Positions 10,807 through 22,264 of a stretch of DNA of 64,000 nucleotides are shown here, one piece after another. Within the stretch, counting starts at the first letter, position 1, and each line of letters begins with the position of its first letter. Location of the stretch: NCBI GenBank assembly GCA_946965045.2, contig OX337239.1:1426001-1490000 (forward strand), given 5' to 3'. This stretch comes from Epithemia pelagica. Taxonomy: Eukaryota; Protista; Bacillariophyta. Made by a program: the position numbers and the translations under genes. A model generated the notes under the pieces. That model made no database searches. It saw nothing but the letters and a program-made list of their open reading frames with translations, and had not been told where the DNA came from.

Positions 10807-12036
10807 AACAATCAAAACCCACGCTACAATCTCAGACCAAACAGGGAACGTAGCTACAAACACCGCTACGGACAATCCTTTGCATGTCTTGACAGTTTAC
10901 CAAGTGGCCGATATGACGGTTACTTGCTTGACGGGGTGTTATTTCTTATCAATTCTGAAGTAAATGTGGCTACCCCCCAAATGTCCATGAAAAAGGGCAT
11001 TAAACTATTTGGTGACAAAGGTGTTGCAGCCGTCAAGAAAGAAATACAACAACTACATGATAGAGGGGTCCTACGGGCCGTACACAAGTCTGATCTGACA
11101 TGGGATCAAATCAAGGAAGCCCTTGGATATCTCATGTTTTTAAAACGCAAACGATGTGGTAAAATCAAGGGCCGTGGTCGCGCAGATGGCCGAAAACAAC
11201 GAGCATACATTAACAAGGAACAATCAGCCTCGCCTACAGTGGCATCGGAATCTGTTTTTATCACAGCGGTGATTGATGCGCTTGAGAGGCGAGTCGTTGT
11301 GGTTGCGGACATCCCGGGTGCCTTCATGCACTCGGATATGGATCCGGAAGTGTACATGAGACTGGACGGTCTTATGGCAGAACTACTGTTAGAAGTGGAT
11401 CGGGCCGCCTATGAACCCTACCTGACCTATGAGAAGGGACAACCCGTAATTTATGTCGAAATGTTGAAGGCGCTATACGGCACCTTGCGAGCCGCTCGGT
11501 TATTTTGGGAAAAACTGTCAAGTGTGCTCAAGAGTTGGGGTTTTGAAATCAACCCGTATGATTCATGTGTGGCCAATAAAACGGTAAAAGGCAAGCAACT
11601 AACGGTCACTTGGCATATAGATGATCTTAAGATCTCTCACGTGGACCAAGCTGTCGTGGATCAGTTTGTTGATGATCTCAAGGCTGAGTTTGGACAGTTG
11701 GGAGAGATATCTGTATCGGAAGGAAAACGACATGACTACCTTGGCATGTTCCTTGATTACAATGAGGATGGTGTGGTACAAGTCGATATGCGCTCCTACT
11801 TGTCCACTAAATTGGATGATTTGCCCAAGGAATTCAAAGGCAAGGCACGATCACCAGCTGCCAAACACCTGTATCACACAGACGAGAACACAAGGAAACT
11901 AGACCCGGAAAAAGCTGACCGGTATCATAGTATCACAATGCAGTTGGCCTACCTGGCACAACGTGGAAGGCCTGACATACGGATGGCAGTTAATTTCCTC
12001 AGCACACGAGTGGCAGATCCCGACGAGGACGATTAC

Positions 12037-12702
12037 CGTAAACTTGGCAGAGTATTGAAGTACCTCCAATCCACATATGACTTGATCCTGCGTCTGGAAG
12101 GCGACCAGGATGGGAAGGTTCTGTGGTGGGCGGATGCCTCCTATGCCACCCACCCCGATATGAAAGGACAAACAGGAGGATGCATGACCATGGGCAAAGG
12201 AGCCGTCATTACTGCATCCAACAAACAGAAGCTAGTGGCTCGCAGTTCGACGGAGTGCGAGCTCATAGGAGTACATGACGTGTTGCCATCCATCATTTGG
12301 AGTAAAAATTTCTTGGAGGCACAAGGGTACCCATTGACCGATGTCATTTTACACCAAGATAACCAAAGTAGTATACTCCTCGAAAAGAACGGACGACTAT
12401 CCAGCTCAAAACGAACCAAGCACATCAACCTACGATACTTCTACGTGACAGATTGTATTAAGCGCAAAGAACTACAAGTTCAGTTCTGTCCAACTGAAGA
12501 TATGATTGCCGATTTTTTTACTAAACCGCTACAAGGTCAAGCATTCTACCGTCTACGTGATGCCATCATGAATGTGCTTCCGAGTGATCCCTTTCACTCA
12601 TCGCAAAGGAGTGTGTTGTGGCAAGATCAGGAAACGGTAGGAGTCGACCAAAAGGCGACTGGCGAGAAGGCGAAAGAAGATGCAGATTGGATCTTGGTGA
12701 AG
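12037..12702 (+). repeat. Copy 1 of a 666-bp direct duplication (RNase H end, PPT, first about 89 bp of LTR)
   Basis: Matches 16294-16959 (offset 4257); the only difference seen by eye is C12248 vs T16505 (Ser vs Leu). Confidence 0.95.
12614..12702 (+). repeat. Truncated 3' LTR of element 2, interrupted by the DNA transposon
   Basis: AAAGGAG-TG-TGTTG start identical to 16871 onward; sequence switches to TIR at 12702. Confidence 0.8.
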
Positions 12703-12880
12703 GAACATCGCGAAATTGCGTTTTGGGCCTGGTCAAGAGTTGGGAAATCCCCAATCCTATGTTAGCTAACATCCGCAATGTGGAAACAAACTGCTAAACT
12801 AGGTAAATATATTAATAACTAAGATTATGATTGAATGCACCATCAGGCCAGAGTGGTTCCTCGCCATGGTCAAATAGCAT

Positions 12881-13672
12881 TCATTCATCAGCGCGCACCA
12901 TAGTGGCGTTGTCATCATCATCATAGGTGTAGTTGTCGTTGTTATTGTTGTTGCGATAATTGTTGTTGTTGCGGATCCCAGAGGGTGAGCCAAAGACACG
13001 AACTCCACCATTCCTCTTCCTGACGCGCTTCTCCGTGGCAACAAGATCAATTGCCAAGATGGAGACCATGTGTGTATGACCAGTCATCGGGTCAAAGTCC
13101 CTGTCAATGTTAGGAAAGTGTTGAACCTCCCACATTGAGATCTCCTGCTCGCATGTGAACGGCAATTTGACCCTCTGTGGTTCACCAAATAGGCGCTGTT
13201 CGGACGTGCCATCGCCATGCTTCTTCTGGATGCTATCCACCATCATTTTGTAGGCCGTTGCCTTGTGTGTGTTGTCGTTGATTTCCTCATTTGCTTGGAA
13301 GAGTCTATCAGGGTGCACGAACATGGGAGGGATGATGGTTCCGAGCTCCAACTCTTGCCCACCAGAAGCAACCTGCGGACGAAATGCACTTTCCTTGAAT
13401 CCAAAGACAAGGAAATCGATACTCACATGCATTTGGTCCATTTCCTCATACGTGTAGAGAAAGTAAGGGAAGACAACTTCCATTCCAAAAGGTGATTTGG
13501 TGGATGCCCGTCCAATACTCATTTTTCCCAAGAGGTCTGAAATGTCCTGGGCCTCGCCACCTGCCTGTTCTTCTTCTACTTCAAGTTCTTCTTCTTCACC
13601 TGCAGAAGCCTCGTCAACTTCCTCTGCCTCCTCTTCGACTTCCTCGCGTTCGTCTTCTTTGTTTCGACCCAT
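12881..13672 (-). CDS. Transposon accessory protein, 263 aa, acidic N-terminus, globular core, Asn-rich tail; possibly exon 2 of the Myb-like ORF
   Basis: Track ORF 12881..13729 with first ATG at 13672; lies wholly inside the TIRs. Confidence 0.65.
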   Translation of the reverse strand: MGRNKEDEREEVEEEAEEVDEASAGEEEELEVEEEQAGGEAQDISDLLGKMSIGRASTKSPFGMEVVFPYFLYTYEEMDQMHVSIDFLVFGFKESAFRPQVASGGQELELGTIIPPMFVHPDRLFQANEEINDNTHKATAYKMMVDSIQKKHGDGTSEQRLFGEPQRVKLPFTCEQEISMWEVQHFPNIDRDFDPMTGHTHMVSILAIDLVATEKRVRKRNGGVRVFGSPSGIRNNNNYRNNNNNDNYTYDDDDNATMVRADE

Positions 13673-13734
13673 TGTTGTTGAACAGTTACAAGAACCAGTT
13701 AGAAACTGGTCAGCAGAAGATATTCGCAATTGAA

Positions 13735-13989
13735 TCAGTACGTACCTTGGGCTTTCCTTGCACCAGCAAGTGAGCTTTCCACGTTGAAGGCACGTGCTTT
13801 CCTGCGGAACAGAGGTGCAAAGTTCCGGTAGGCACGCTCAGGAAAGTGAGTTTGGCGCACCTTTTCAATGTTATCTCTTCCCAAGTCCTGTGGTGACACT
13901 CCACCCTTGGACAACTTCTTCCGGAACAACGCTGCTAGTTTGGCGTCGTCTTGTTTGCCCCACTTTGGTGCTGCTCCAACTTCTGACAT
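13735..13989 (-). CDS. Small basic SANT/Myb-like protein (84 aa) of the transposon
   Basis: KWGKQDDAKLAALF resembles Myb helix 1 (W-x-x-x-D/E-D-x-x-L). A Myb/SANT partner is typical of PIF/Harbinger. AAG|GTACGT donor-like site at 13745. Confidence 0.55.
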   Translation of the reverse strand: MSEVGAAPKWGKQDDAKLAALFRKKLSKGGVSPQDLGRDNIEKVRQTHFPERAYRNFAPLFRRKARAFNVESSLAGARKAQGTY

Positions 13990-14377
13990 TATGTGGTTTT
14001 GTGGCGAGATTTTCTTTTTGAAAAACCACAACAGGCTTCAGTCCTGTGAAGCAACAACCCACAACCTGTGCCATGCGGGAACAAAATTCAGAGCGGTAGG
14101 GAGACGTATCACATGGGAACTCGTGAGACATCACTGATAGGCTTGAATCTTTCTACCTTTAAAACCGGCAGCAAGTCAATACTAAATCATGCAGGCATAA
14201 CTAGGGGTATAGTAACAATTTTTTATGTGATGAGTAAACTAATGGTTTACGAGTAAGTGTGACGGTGACGAGCAGATCCATGCTATGCTGCTACATATTA
14301 GTGACCACAATTTAGATGGGCTTAAGCGAGTAGGATTGATTCGCAGAACTACAGAAATCGCAAAACTACGGAAATCA

Positions 14378-14631
14378 CAAAACGGCCGAAAAATGCAAAA
14401 CGGCCGAAAAATGCAAAACGGCCAAAAGGCGCAAAGCGTCCAAAAGGCGCAAAACGACCAAAAGGCGCAAAACGGCCGGTGCTACGAGAAAATACGTAGG
14501 ATTTTGTACTGGAAGGCGCAAAACGGCCGAAAGGCGCAAAACGGCCGAAAGGCGCAAAACGGCCAAAAAGTGCAAAACGGCCGAAAGGCGCAAAACGGCC
14601 AAAAAGTGTAAAACGGCCAAAAAGTGTAAAA
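14378..14631 (+). repeat. 18-bp minisatellite (CAAAACGGCC[G/A]AAAGGCG-like), about 12 units, interrupted at about 14478-14517
   Basis: Read directly; lies between the divergent transposon genes. Confidence 0.92.
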
Positions 14632-15161
14632 CAAAAAACCTGTACAGAAAATCAATTATTCAATCACACATACAGGGCATATATTAATCTATGGAAGATC
14701 AGAAACGAGCACACAACAGAGATGTGATTTCTTTGTTCATGTGCTTCCCCGAATCCAATGTCATAGAGTAAACTCAACGTCCAATGACTTCAAAGTTCAA
14801 ATGGGTCCCGGTAGAATCGTTAACTAGTTCCTACAATAGTTGTTGTTGTCTTGCCACTCTATTATGGTTATGAGCATGATCTGTGAGGAATGTCCGTTGT
14901 CCATGGGCTATGACTACTCCTAACTATGATCTATGATTGGTGTGTTGGCTATGTACCAATAATTTTATGTCCATGTGACATGACCAACAGAACTTTTTGA
15001 ACATATAGTAGATGACTCACCTAACCCTTCCTGCTTTTCATGTGTAATCAATGATTGGGCATAACTTGTTTGGGGTCTTGAGTGTCGGTTGGTGCAACTC
15101 TCACACGACCCCTGCTCCCCAGCCAGACAACATCAAATACCAAACTGTGTCACAACAAAAG

Positions 15162-16129
15162 ATGAATGAACCAGATCGAAAGCGACCACGGCCCGAGCCA
15201 CCTGATGCCAATGATGTGCTCAGGATTGCTCGTCGGATCTGGGGACGTGATGGTCGAAGACAGCGCTCTCCAGAGACTGAGGATCTGGAGTTCCGGAGTT
15301 TTTTTGGGTGTTCGGTGGCAGTGTTTTTGTCTTTGTGGTCCTTGCTGGGAACCACCGACACCATACCTACAGGGGGTACAATGACTCATTTGTTGTGGAC
15401 CCTTCTATTTCTGAAGGTCTACTCAAATGCAAAGTCATTGTGTGCCCTTGTAGGTGGTGTTGACCCGGAAACCTTCCGCAAGTGGACGTGGTTATTCATT
15501 CCGGCGATTGCAAACCTAGAACCCCTAGTGGTAAGTGGTGCTCCTACTTTGCGAAAGTGATGTCTGTCTTTTCTTATCTAACCAGATTGCTTCAGATAAT
15601 ATTTGAGAATAGGTTTAAGACAGATATTGGCAATGACTGCCTGATGTCAGTTGATGGGACGGACTTTCGTGTCCCCGAGCATGGCCGCAGGTTTTTTTCG
15701 TACAAGTTTAAAAAGAGTGGTCTTCGGTATGAGGTGGGCCTTTGTATTCGCACCGGAGATATTGTGTGGATCAACGGGCCATATGAGTGTGGGTTGTGGA
15801 ATGATCTTATGATCTTCCGCAACTCACTACTCTCGCACCTCGAACCCAACGAGCGCATTGAAGCAGATGATGGATACGTCGGGGAACATCCCCAGAAAGT
15901 AAAATGCCCAAAGGGCTTCACCAATCTACCCGAAAAGAAAAAAATGCAACAACGTGTCCGTAGTCGTCAGGAAACAATCAACAAGAGGTTCAAGCTTTGG
16001 GGCTGCCTCGCCCAGACATTTCGACACGAGTTCAACCAGCATGCGGACGTTTTCAGAGCTGTTGCCATCGTCTGCCAGCTTACAATCAACAACGGCGAAC
16101 AACTATTTCAGGTTGACTACGAAGACTAG
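15162..16129 (+). CDS. DDE transposase (DDE_Tnp_4/Harbinger-like), 2 exons, about 300 aa
   Basis: Exons 15162-15530 and 15596-16129; phase-0 intron GTAAGT...TTCAG of 65 nt. Motifs SVDGTDF, EADDGY and RQETINKRFK. Confidence 0.88.
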
Positions 16130-16293
16130 TGCCTAATGACTAATGAATGTTAGTTGTCTATTTGTATGCCAACTGATTGTATCTATAGGTTGACTTGGTA
16201 AGCTACCACTGCTACGAGCCTTTGCTATGAGTGTCATGTTGCCGACGTTGCTGACCATCAGGCGCAAAAGGCAATTTCGCGATGTTCCATCAT

Positions 16294-16959
16294 CGTAAAC
16301 TTGGCAGAGTATTGAAGTACCTCCAATCCACATATGACTTGATCCTGCGTCTGGAAGGCGACCAGGATGGGAAGGTTCTGTGGTGGGCGGATGCCTCCTA
16401 TGCCACCCACCCCGATATGAAAGGACAAACAGGAGGATGCATGACCATGGGCAAAGGAGCCGTCATTACTGCATCCAACAAACAGAAGCTAGTGGCTCGC
16501 AGTTTGACGGAGTGCGAGCTCATAGGAGTACATGACGTGTTGCCATCCATCATTTGGAGTAAAAATTTCTTGGAGGCACAAGGGTACCCATTGACCGATG
16601 TCATTTTACACCAAGATAACCAAAGTAGTATACTCCTCGAAAAGAACGGACGACTATCCAGCTCAAAACGAACCAAGCACATCAACCTACGATACTTCTA
16701 CGTGACAGATTGTATTAAGCGCAAAGAACTACAAGTTCAGTTCTGTCCAACTGAAGATATGATTGCCGATTTTTTTACTAAACCGCTACAAGGTCAAGCA
16801 TTCTACCGTCTACGTGATGCCATCATGAATGTGCTTCCGAGTGATCCCTTTCACTCATCGCAAAGGAGTGTGTTGTGGCAAGATCAGGAAACGGTAGGAG
16901 TCGACCAAAAGGCGACTGGCGAGAAGGCGAAAGAAGATGCAGATTGGATCTTGGTGAAG
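16294..16959 (+). repeat. Copy 2 of the 666-bp duplication; continues into the native pol end (stop 17025) and the complete LTR
   Basis: Identity with 12037-12702; track ORF 16282..17025 reproduces the RNase H end. Confidence 0.95.
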
Positions 16960-17080
16960 CGACGTGGCCAAAGAAAAGCAACACAAACGAAACAAGAAGA
17001 AGCTCATTCTAAGGAGAATACGTAGTTCGATAAGCCTATAAAGAGTTGCTTTTACGGCACGGCTTGTTTGAGTTTCAACA
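16871..17080 (+). repeat. Complete 3' LTR of element 2 (210 bp)
   Basis: Follows the PPT AAAGGAG; termini TGTTG / CAACA; TATAAA at 17037-17042; host coding sequence resumes at 17081. Confidence 0.82.
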
Positions 17081-17793
17081 CCTGGGGTGTCTTTTTGCAA
17101 TATCTGGCACCGCCCTTGGTACAACAATACGAGTATATTGCTGTCATGCTGGATGATGTATTTTTGCCCACATCCGGACCTCATCCTATTCGCATTCCCA
17201 AATTGTTGGAATCTATAGAGAAATACAATTTGTCGTCGATATCACCGAGAATCGTGGGTAGTTACTGGTCTGTGATGAATGCCGAGGGGCGTCGCCATGC
17301 ACACTATCAAGGCCGCTCGACACGGGATTGCTTGGTCCGTCCGACTATTATTGAAACTTTTTCTCAAATTTTTACCAAGCAAAGCTGGCAATGCTTTTAT
17401 TCGTTTTTGCATTACACATCTGGCCGTGGATGGGGCTTGGATTTTTGTTTTCCCCAATATTGTGGCCATCAATCCGCCAGCTTGGCAGTGGATTACAACA
17501 TGATCGGCTATCACTTGGAAAAGTCTCTCTGCAGACGTTGGTTGAATGGCAAGTATCGGGCCTTGCTCACAAGTGGTACCAATTTGACCTTTCCCAAAAT
17601 TTACAGAAAGGAGGAACAGGAATTTTACCATGTTCAACGAAAGGGACCGGCCTATAACCTTTATGTCGCCACACGTTACCAGTGTGCCAGATCCAACAAT
17701 TCTTTGGTTGGCATTTGGGAATGTCCGCACGACTCCAAAGAGATGGTAACCACAGAAAGTGTGCGAATATCGGCGCATTCGAAACGTGTGTAA
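17081..17793 (+). pseudogene. 3' part of a host gene (DUF707-like / glycosyltransferase-like) disrupted by element 2
   Basis: Frame reads WGVFLQYLAPPLVQQYEYIAVMLDDVFL...ISP...IETFSQIF...W.CF...GWGLDF from the LTR end; there is no start codon of its own. Confidence 0.6.
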
Positions 17794-18020
17794 AGTACCC
17801 AGCAAGGTCGTTGGGTGCGCGCTCTAATAGAGTTTTTGTTTGTGTCGAGCAAAGTAAGGACTCCATGGTTCAATCACCATTCGGTTTGGGTATTTGCCCT
17901 TCTCGATAAAGGAGAATGAGGATAATATGTACTCTTCTTCAACAACATCTTGTTGTCGTGAGTACGGTCCATGGCACCCTATCAGCACTAGTAAGAGAAT
18001 GAATGACTGAGCGTTACCAG

Positions 18021-18343
18021 AAGAATTCGACGACAATGGCAGGCAGGAAGACAACAGATTGATGTCACCGGGTGTTTCGGCTCCTGTTGGCTTTCAACAA
18101 AGCAGTCGGGGCAAGAACGATGGTCACACGACGGGATCTCAAAACAAAATGGATGAGTATTATACACCAGAACTGTTGGCCTTGGTCCAACACTTGTATC
18201 ATCAAGATTATGAGGTCTGGAATGCCTTGCAACACCAGCGAAACGAGGGGAGGTGGGTTTCCGGCCACGTCTTGCAAGAGCAACTCAGTTCACAACATTG
18301 CCCTACGTCTGCGACGGCACCTGTTTCGGTGGTAACCGCATGA
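18021..18343 (+). pseudogene. Orphan C-terminal exon, possibly sulfotransferase-like
   Basis: HTTGSQNKMDEYYTPELLALVQHLYHQDYEVW resembles the C-terminal helix motif of sulfotransferase-like proteins; acceptor-like TTACCAG ends at 18020; upstream exons not recoverable. Confidence 0.3.
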
Positions 18344-18968
18344 AATGGATTGCCACTCAGAACACAATACACACCACCGAAACGATTGTCCTTGGGCACG
18401 AGTCCGTTTGGAAGGAATCCAGGGTACCGGTTGGTGGAAAACCAAACCAGTTTGACGGATTCCATGAAACAAACCCAATGGCACTCCTGGGTAGACCCAA
18501 AGAGTCCTTCTTGGTGAAGGAACGGCAGACTGGAGAACGTACGACGAATGGCAGAAAAGGCTTTACCTAACGGTTCTTGAACCTTGAAGCCTACCCGCAT
18601 AGACAACCGACTATCTCAAGACTCTCATACTCCTACTCCTAGTAGATCATATTATAGACGAACAATAGGAATTGGAGTGTGGACAAAGATAGACACGACA
18701 TCTACATTGGAGTGGATTTAGCTTTGTGTCTCCAGCGGGTATAATTGGTAGCACGTAGATCGCTTATACATTTGTTGTGAGGTAATAAATATTTAGCGCT
18801 GGGACGTACATCCCTCTGTCAGTGGCGAGAGGTATCTTCGACATCTTCCGAACAGGACACCTCTCTAAAAAAGACCCCACGACCCACGACATTCAATTCT
18901 CTCGTCGCCACCTTCATCTCTCCAAGACACAAACACTAAAGCTTGTGGAAAGCACAAACTAGTCCACC

Positions 18969-20087
18969 ATGAAAAATGCATCCATGTGGAATACCGGGCA
19001 GTGGTGGATGCCAGACGATTACAGCGAGTGGGATTTGGCCGAGGAAATGAAAGGTTTGCAAGCCGAATTGGAAACTACTGGCATATGGTTACCAGATTCT
19101 ATGATTTGGGGTGTCGTCATGTCCGTGGCGGTGGGAACCTTTGCTCTTTGTGCCCTGTGTTATGGTGTAGGATGTCGGTATCCCGAGCTGTGGCTGGTAC
19201 CCTTGAAATTGGTGGAAGAGGATCCCCACAAAACTCGATCGAAATCGCCTTTACAAACGTTGCCCTTGCGTCGTGCTTCCTATGGCGTCGTCAACTTTTT
19301 GGCCAATGCGTCCATGTTTGGGCTGGGCTTATATTTGGAAATCATGCACTTGAGACAGCATGGTTTGTTTTCTTTTTTGTGGAACGATCATCATTCCAAT
19401 GCCCTCCTAGCATCTTCTCCCTACAACAAAATTATGGGCTTTGCCGATCATCCGTTGGACATTGCCATGCCTGCCATGCAAGTAGGTAAACAACTCTTTG
19501 CCATGCTCCTTCTCCACTCCTTGGAAGATGGCGACACGATGGGTCCACTTGGTATGATGCTCTTGGGATTACATCATATGGCCTCTTTGAGCAATGTATT
19601 TCGTTCCGCTTGTTTTCGGACAGGATTCCGTTGGTACATTCCCTATTTTACTGGCATTTGCAATTGGAGTTCCCTCTTTTTGGATGTCTATGAAACGGTC
19701 CAAAATGCTCCTCCGCATTTACGGGAAACCTATCCCACCGTGGTGTGGTATTCTCGCATGTTCTTTGCTCTCTTCTTTTTGGCCTTACGGATTGTGGCAT
19801 ATATACCACGCTTTGTCAATATTTCCTATTTGGGCTATTGGTACCTCGTCTATCATCCCAACGGATGGTTGCGATGGTTTAACATGTTTTGTTTCGGTAC
19901 CTTTTCCATTTTAATGGCCTTGCAATTGTGGTGGGGATATTTGATTGTCAAGGGCATACTCAAGGTCGTAACAGGCCTAATGGCTGGTGGTGACAAGAAC
20001 AATGATTCTGCATCTACCAAGAGGATCCAGACAGCAACAACTACTACCGCCGAAAGCTACCACCATCCAAGCAAAAAGGTAGTGTGA
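18969..20087 (+). CDS. TLC (TRAM/LAG1/CLN8) domain multi-pass membrane protein
   Basis: Multiple hydrophobic helices; MMLLGLHH, ICNWSSLF and FALFFLALRI motifs of the TLC fold. Confidence 0.78.
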   Translation: MKNASMWNTGQWWMPDDYSEWDLAEEMKGLQAELETTGIWLPDSMIWGVVMSVAVGTFALCALCYGVGCRYPELWLVPLKLVEEDPHKTRSKSPLQTLPLRRASYGVVNFLANASMFGLGLYLEIMHLRQHGLFSFLWNDHHSNALLASSPYNKIMGFADHPLDIAMPAMQVGKQLFAMLLLHSLEDGDTMGPLGMMLLGLHHMASLSNVFRSACFRTGFRWYIPYFTGICNWSSLFLDVYETVQNAPPHLRETYPTVVWYSRMFFALFFLALRIVAYIPRFVNISYLGYWYLVYHPNGWLRWFNMFCFGTFSILMALQLWWGYLIVKGILKVVTGLMAGGDKNNDSASTKRIQTATTTTAESYHHPSKKVV

Positions 20088-21034
20088 GTCGATTGCCCAC
20101 ACACATGACCCAAAACTGGAATGCTTCCAGACTACACGAGGAAATGGGTCTTGCCCTTCTTTTCTGGAATCGATATCCTTTGGGGGGACAAATTCCAAAG
20201 GAAGAAATGGATGTACATGATTGTACGACTTCTACCTACACTCCTACCAAGCAAAGCAGGAGGACCGAGAACGCAACGCAATGACAAGAAGGTGAACAAC
20301 ACACAAGACATCAAACCTACGCTAAGAGACTCGTATTTCGCTAGCCTTGCCCTTTTACATTAGTAAGGCGATGTTGGTAGGGATTGGTACTCGTCGTTTG
20401 TGGACCCTTTCTCCTAGGAGTACTGGCATAACCTTTCGACAATCTACCGAAAGCAGCCGACAGCAATATGCAGTGGGAACCCTGTCCAAGGAAGATGATG
20501 CTTTCGTTCTCGTGTCACAAACTTGCAATTTATCATTGGTTAAAACGAGGTACAAACGATAGGTCCAAAAGAACTTGTCATTGGAACCACACACATTCTC
20601 TCTCTCTAGAGATGATGATGGCAAGCGTAGGATCAAGTCTAGGTAGTGAAACCAAGGGACCACAAGAAGAAGGTTTGTTCCATTGATTGAGGTTTCTAGC
20701 ACGAGTGGTCGTCGTCCTTTTGGTCATGATGTTGGAGTACGAGTAGGGTGCCAGCGGCGGTTTAGTGTGGATAGTGGGAGTAGTTTTTTGATATATTTCC
20801 TAGGAGTAGGAGTATCAGTAATCTGTATTTTTCCTTTATTTTATGACGTATTTTCCACTGCATTTTTCAAAAATATTTTCCGTTGCATTTTTTTTTGGTA
20901 GATCGTTCCATTAGAAGATACCGAATCCACATCGGCATTCTCACAATCCACAACTCCAAGTTTTGTTCCATGGCACAATTCCTGCATGTCTCGGTGGTAC
21001 ATCCATCCAGAGGGTCACTAGAACGTCCATTGGC

Positions 21035-22264
21035 ATGATCAGCATCACCACCATGAGTCGTCCATTGTGGAGGTATGTTTCATGGTTGCTCCCCCCACGA
21101 CAGGATATCGACCGCCATGTTTTGGTCCAAGAAATCAAATCTCTCCATGCCGAATTGGCGACGAGTGGAATGTGGGTGTCGGACGACTTGATCTGGGGCT
21201 CGGTAGTCCCTGTCGTGGTGGGAACGACCGTGGCTTGTCTCGCTTGTCATGGCCTGGTGTGTACCATGTTACGACGACAACAATGGTCGCTGCGAGTCAC
21301 AACGAAGGACGTTACTCGATCTGGAGGAGTTAACGCCTGCACCACCAATACATCCTCGCCTAAAACACCATCAACAAGCGCCCACCACTAGCAACAGCAA
21401 GAACAACAAGAATCACAGTTGGACGTTCATCGTACATCGTATAGCATCACCAATTTCCTGGTTAATCTGACCATGTTACTATTGGGATGTTATTTGGAGA
21501 CGGTCCGTCTGGGACGAGGCGGCCTGTTTGCCTTTTTGTTTTGGGGACCATAGGACGATACGTTTGCGAATTCCGTGTTTGTGTCATCCTTGTCTCCCTA
21601 CGACAAGATCATGGGACAGAATACCGACCACGCCTTGGATGTGGCCTTACCAGCCATGCAAGCCGGCAAACAAGTCTTTGCCTTGTGGCTCAACACGTCT
21701 GTCCATCACGACACCCAATCATCCAGTCCACTGGGTACATGGGTCATGGGATTGCATCATGGGGCGGCCCTGTGTGTGGCGTTTCGGACCGCCGTTTGTC
21801 GATCCGGATTTCGCCTGTATTCTCCCGTCTTTTTTGGTCTGGTGGAATTCAGTACCCTGTTCTTGTCCGTCCACAATGTCCTCAAAGATAAGCGGGCCCA
21901 CTATCCCAAACTGTTTGTGGGGGTCCGCATGGGCTTTGCTGTCTCCTTTTTGGTGTTGCGCATTGGAGCCTTGGTCCCACGATATTGGGACGTGGCCTCC
22001 TTGTGCTACTGGTATATTTGGTATCATCCTCCGGGGTGGTTCCAATGGCTGACCATTGGTTCGATTACAGCCTTTAGTCTGTTGATGGTCTTGCAAGTGT
22101 GGTGGGCCATTCTGGTTCTCAAGGGTGTGGTCCAGGTCGTCGTGGGTGCTGCTGCTGCGGGTACAAGAAGGCGCCTGCGGCAGCAGGGCAATGAGACTGC
22201 TACTACTAGCCAACGGAACGATGACAACGACGACCATCCAGTGACCAAGCGCAAGAATACGTAG
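21035..22264 (+). pseudogene. Tandem paralog of the TLC gene with two in-frame TAG codons
   Basis: One frame throughout, with TAG at 21389-21391 and 21551-21553. Sequence between the stops (RTSYSITNFLVN...GLFAFLFW) aligns to paralog 1 (RASYGVVNFLAN...GLFSFLW). Confidence 0.78.

Larger units (their letters stand above)
7662..12765 (+). pseudogene. Disrupted gag-pol of element 2
   Basis: Removing one A from the A7 run at 8945-8951 restores LLKNIHTSDKPITIQSHAG...GYGIVWF. An in-frame TAA at 9178-9180 precedes the 9211..12765 IN-RT-RH ORF, whose native end is replaced by TIR sequence from 12702. Confidence 0.88.
12702..16288. mobile_element. PIF/Harbinger-like (PHIS group) DNA transposon, about 3.6 kb
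   Basis: Imperfect TIRs of about 34 bp with an 18-bp perfect core (GGAACATCGCGAAATTGC at 12702-12719 / GCAATTTCGCGATGTTCC at 16271-16288); contains a DDE transposase and divergent accessory ORFs. Confidence 0.88.
7335..17080 (+). mobile_element. Ty1/Copia (CoDi-like, different lineage) LTR retrotransposon 2, defective; host of element 1 and of the PHIS transposon
   Basis: gag 7662-, protease LLDNQSTVD, integrase, RT (ADIPGAF, WHIDDLK), RNase H ending QRSVL, PPT AAAGGAG, and an LTR TGTTG...CAACA. Confidence 0.9.

Noticed and set aside
14285-14620. ORFs with KAQNGR repeats
   Set aside because: These are by-products of the stop-free 18-bp minisatellite and are open on both strands.
17023-17080. 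In-frame read-through from pol into the DUF707-like ORF
   Set aside because: The shared frame is coincidental. The intervening bases are LTR and a TAG closes pol at 17025.
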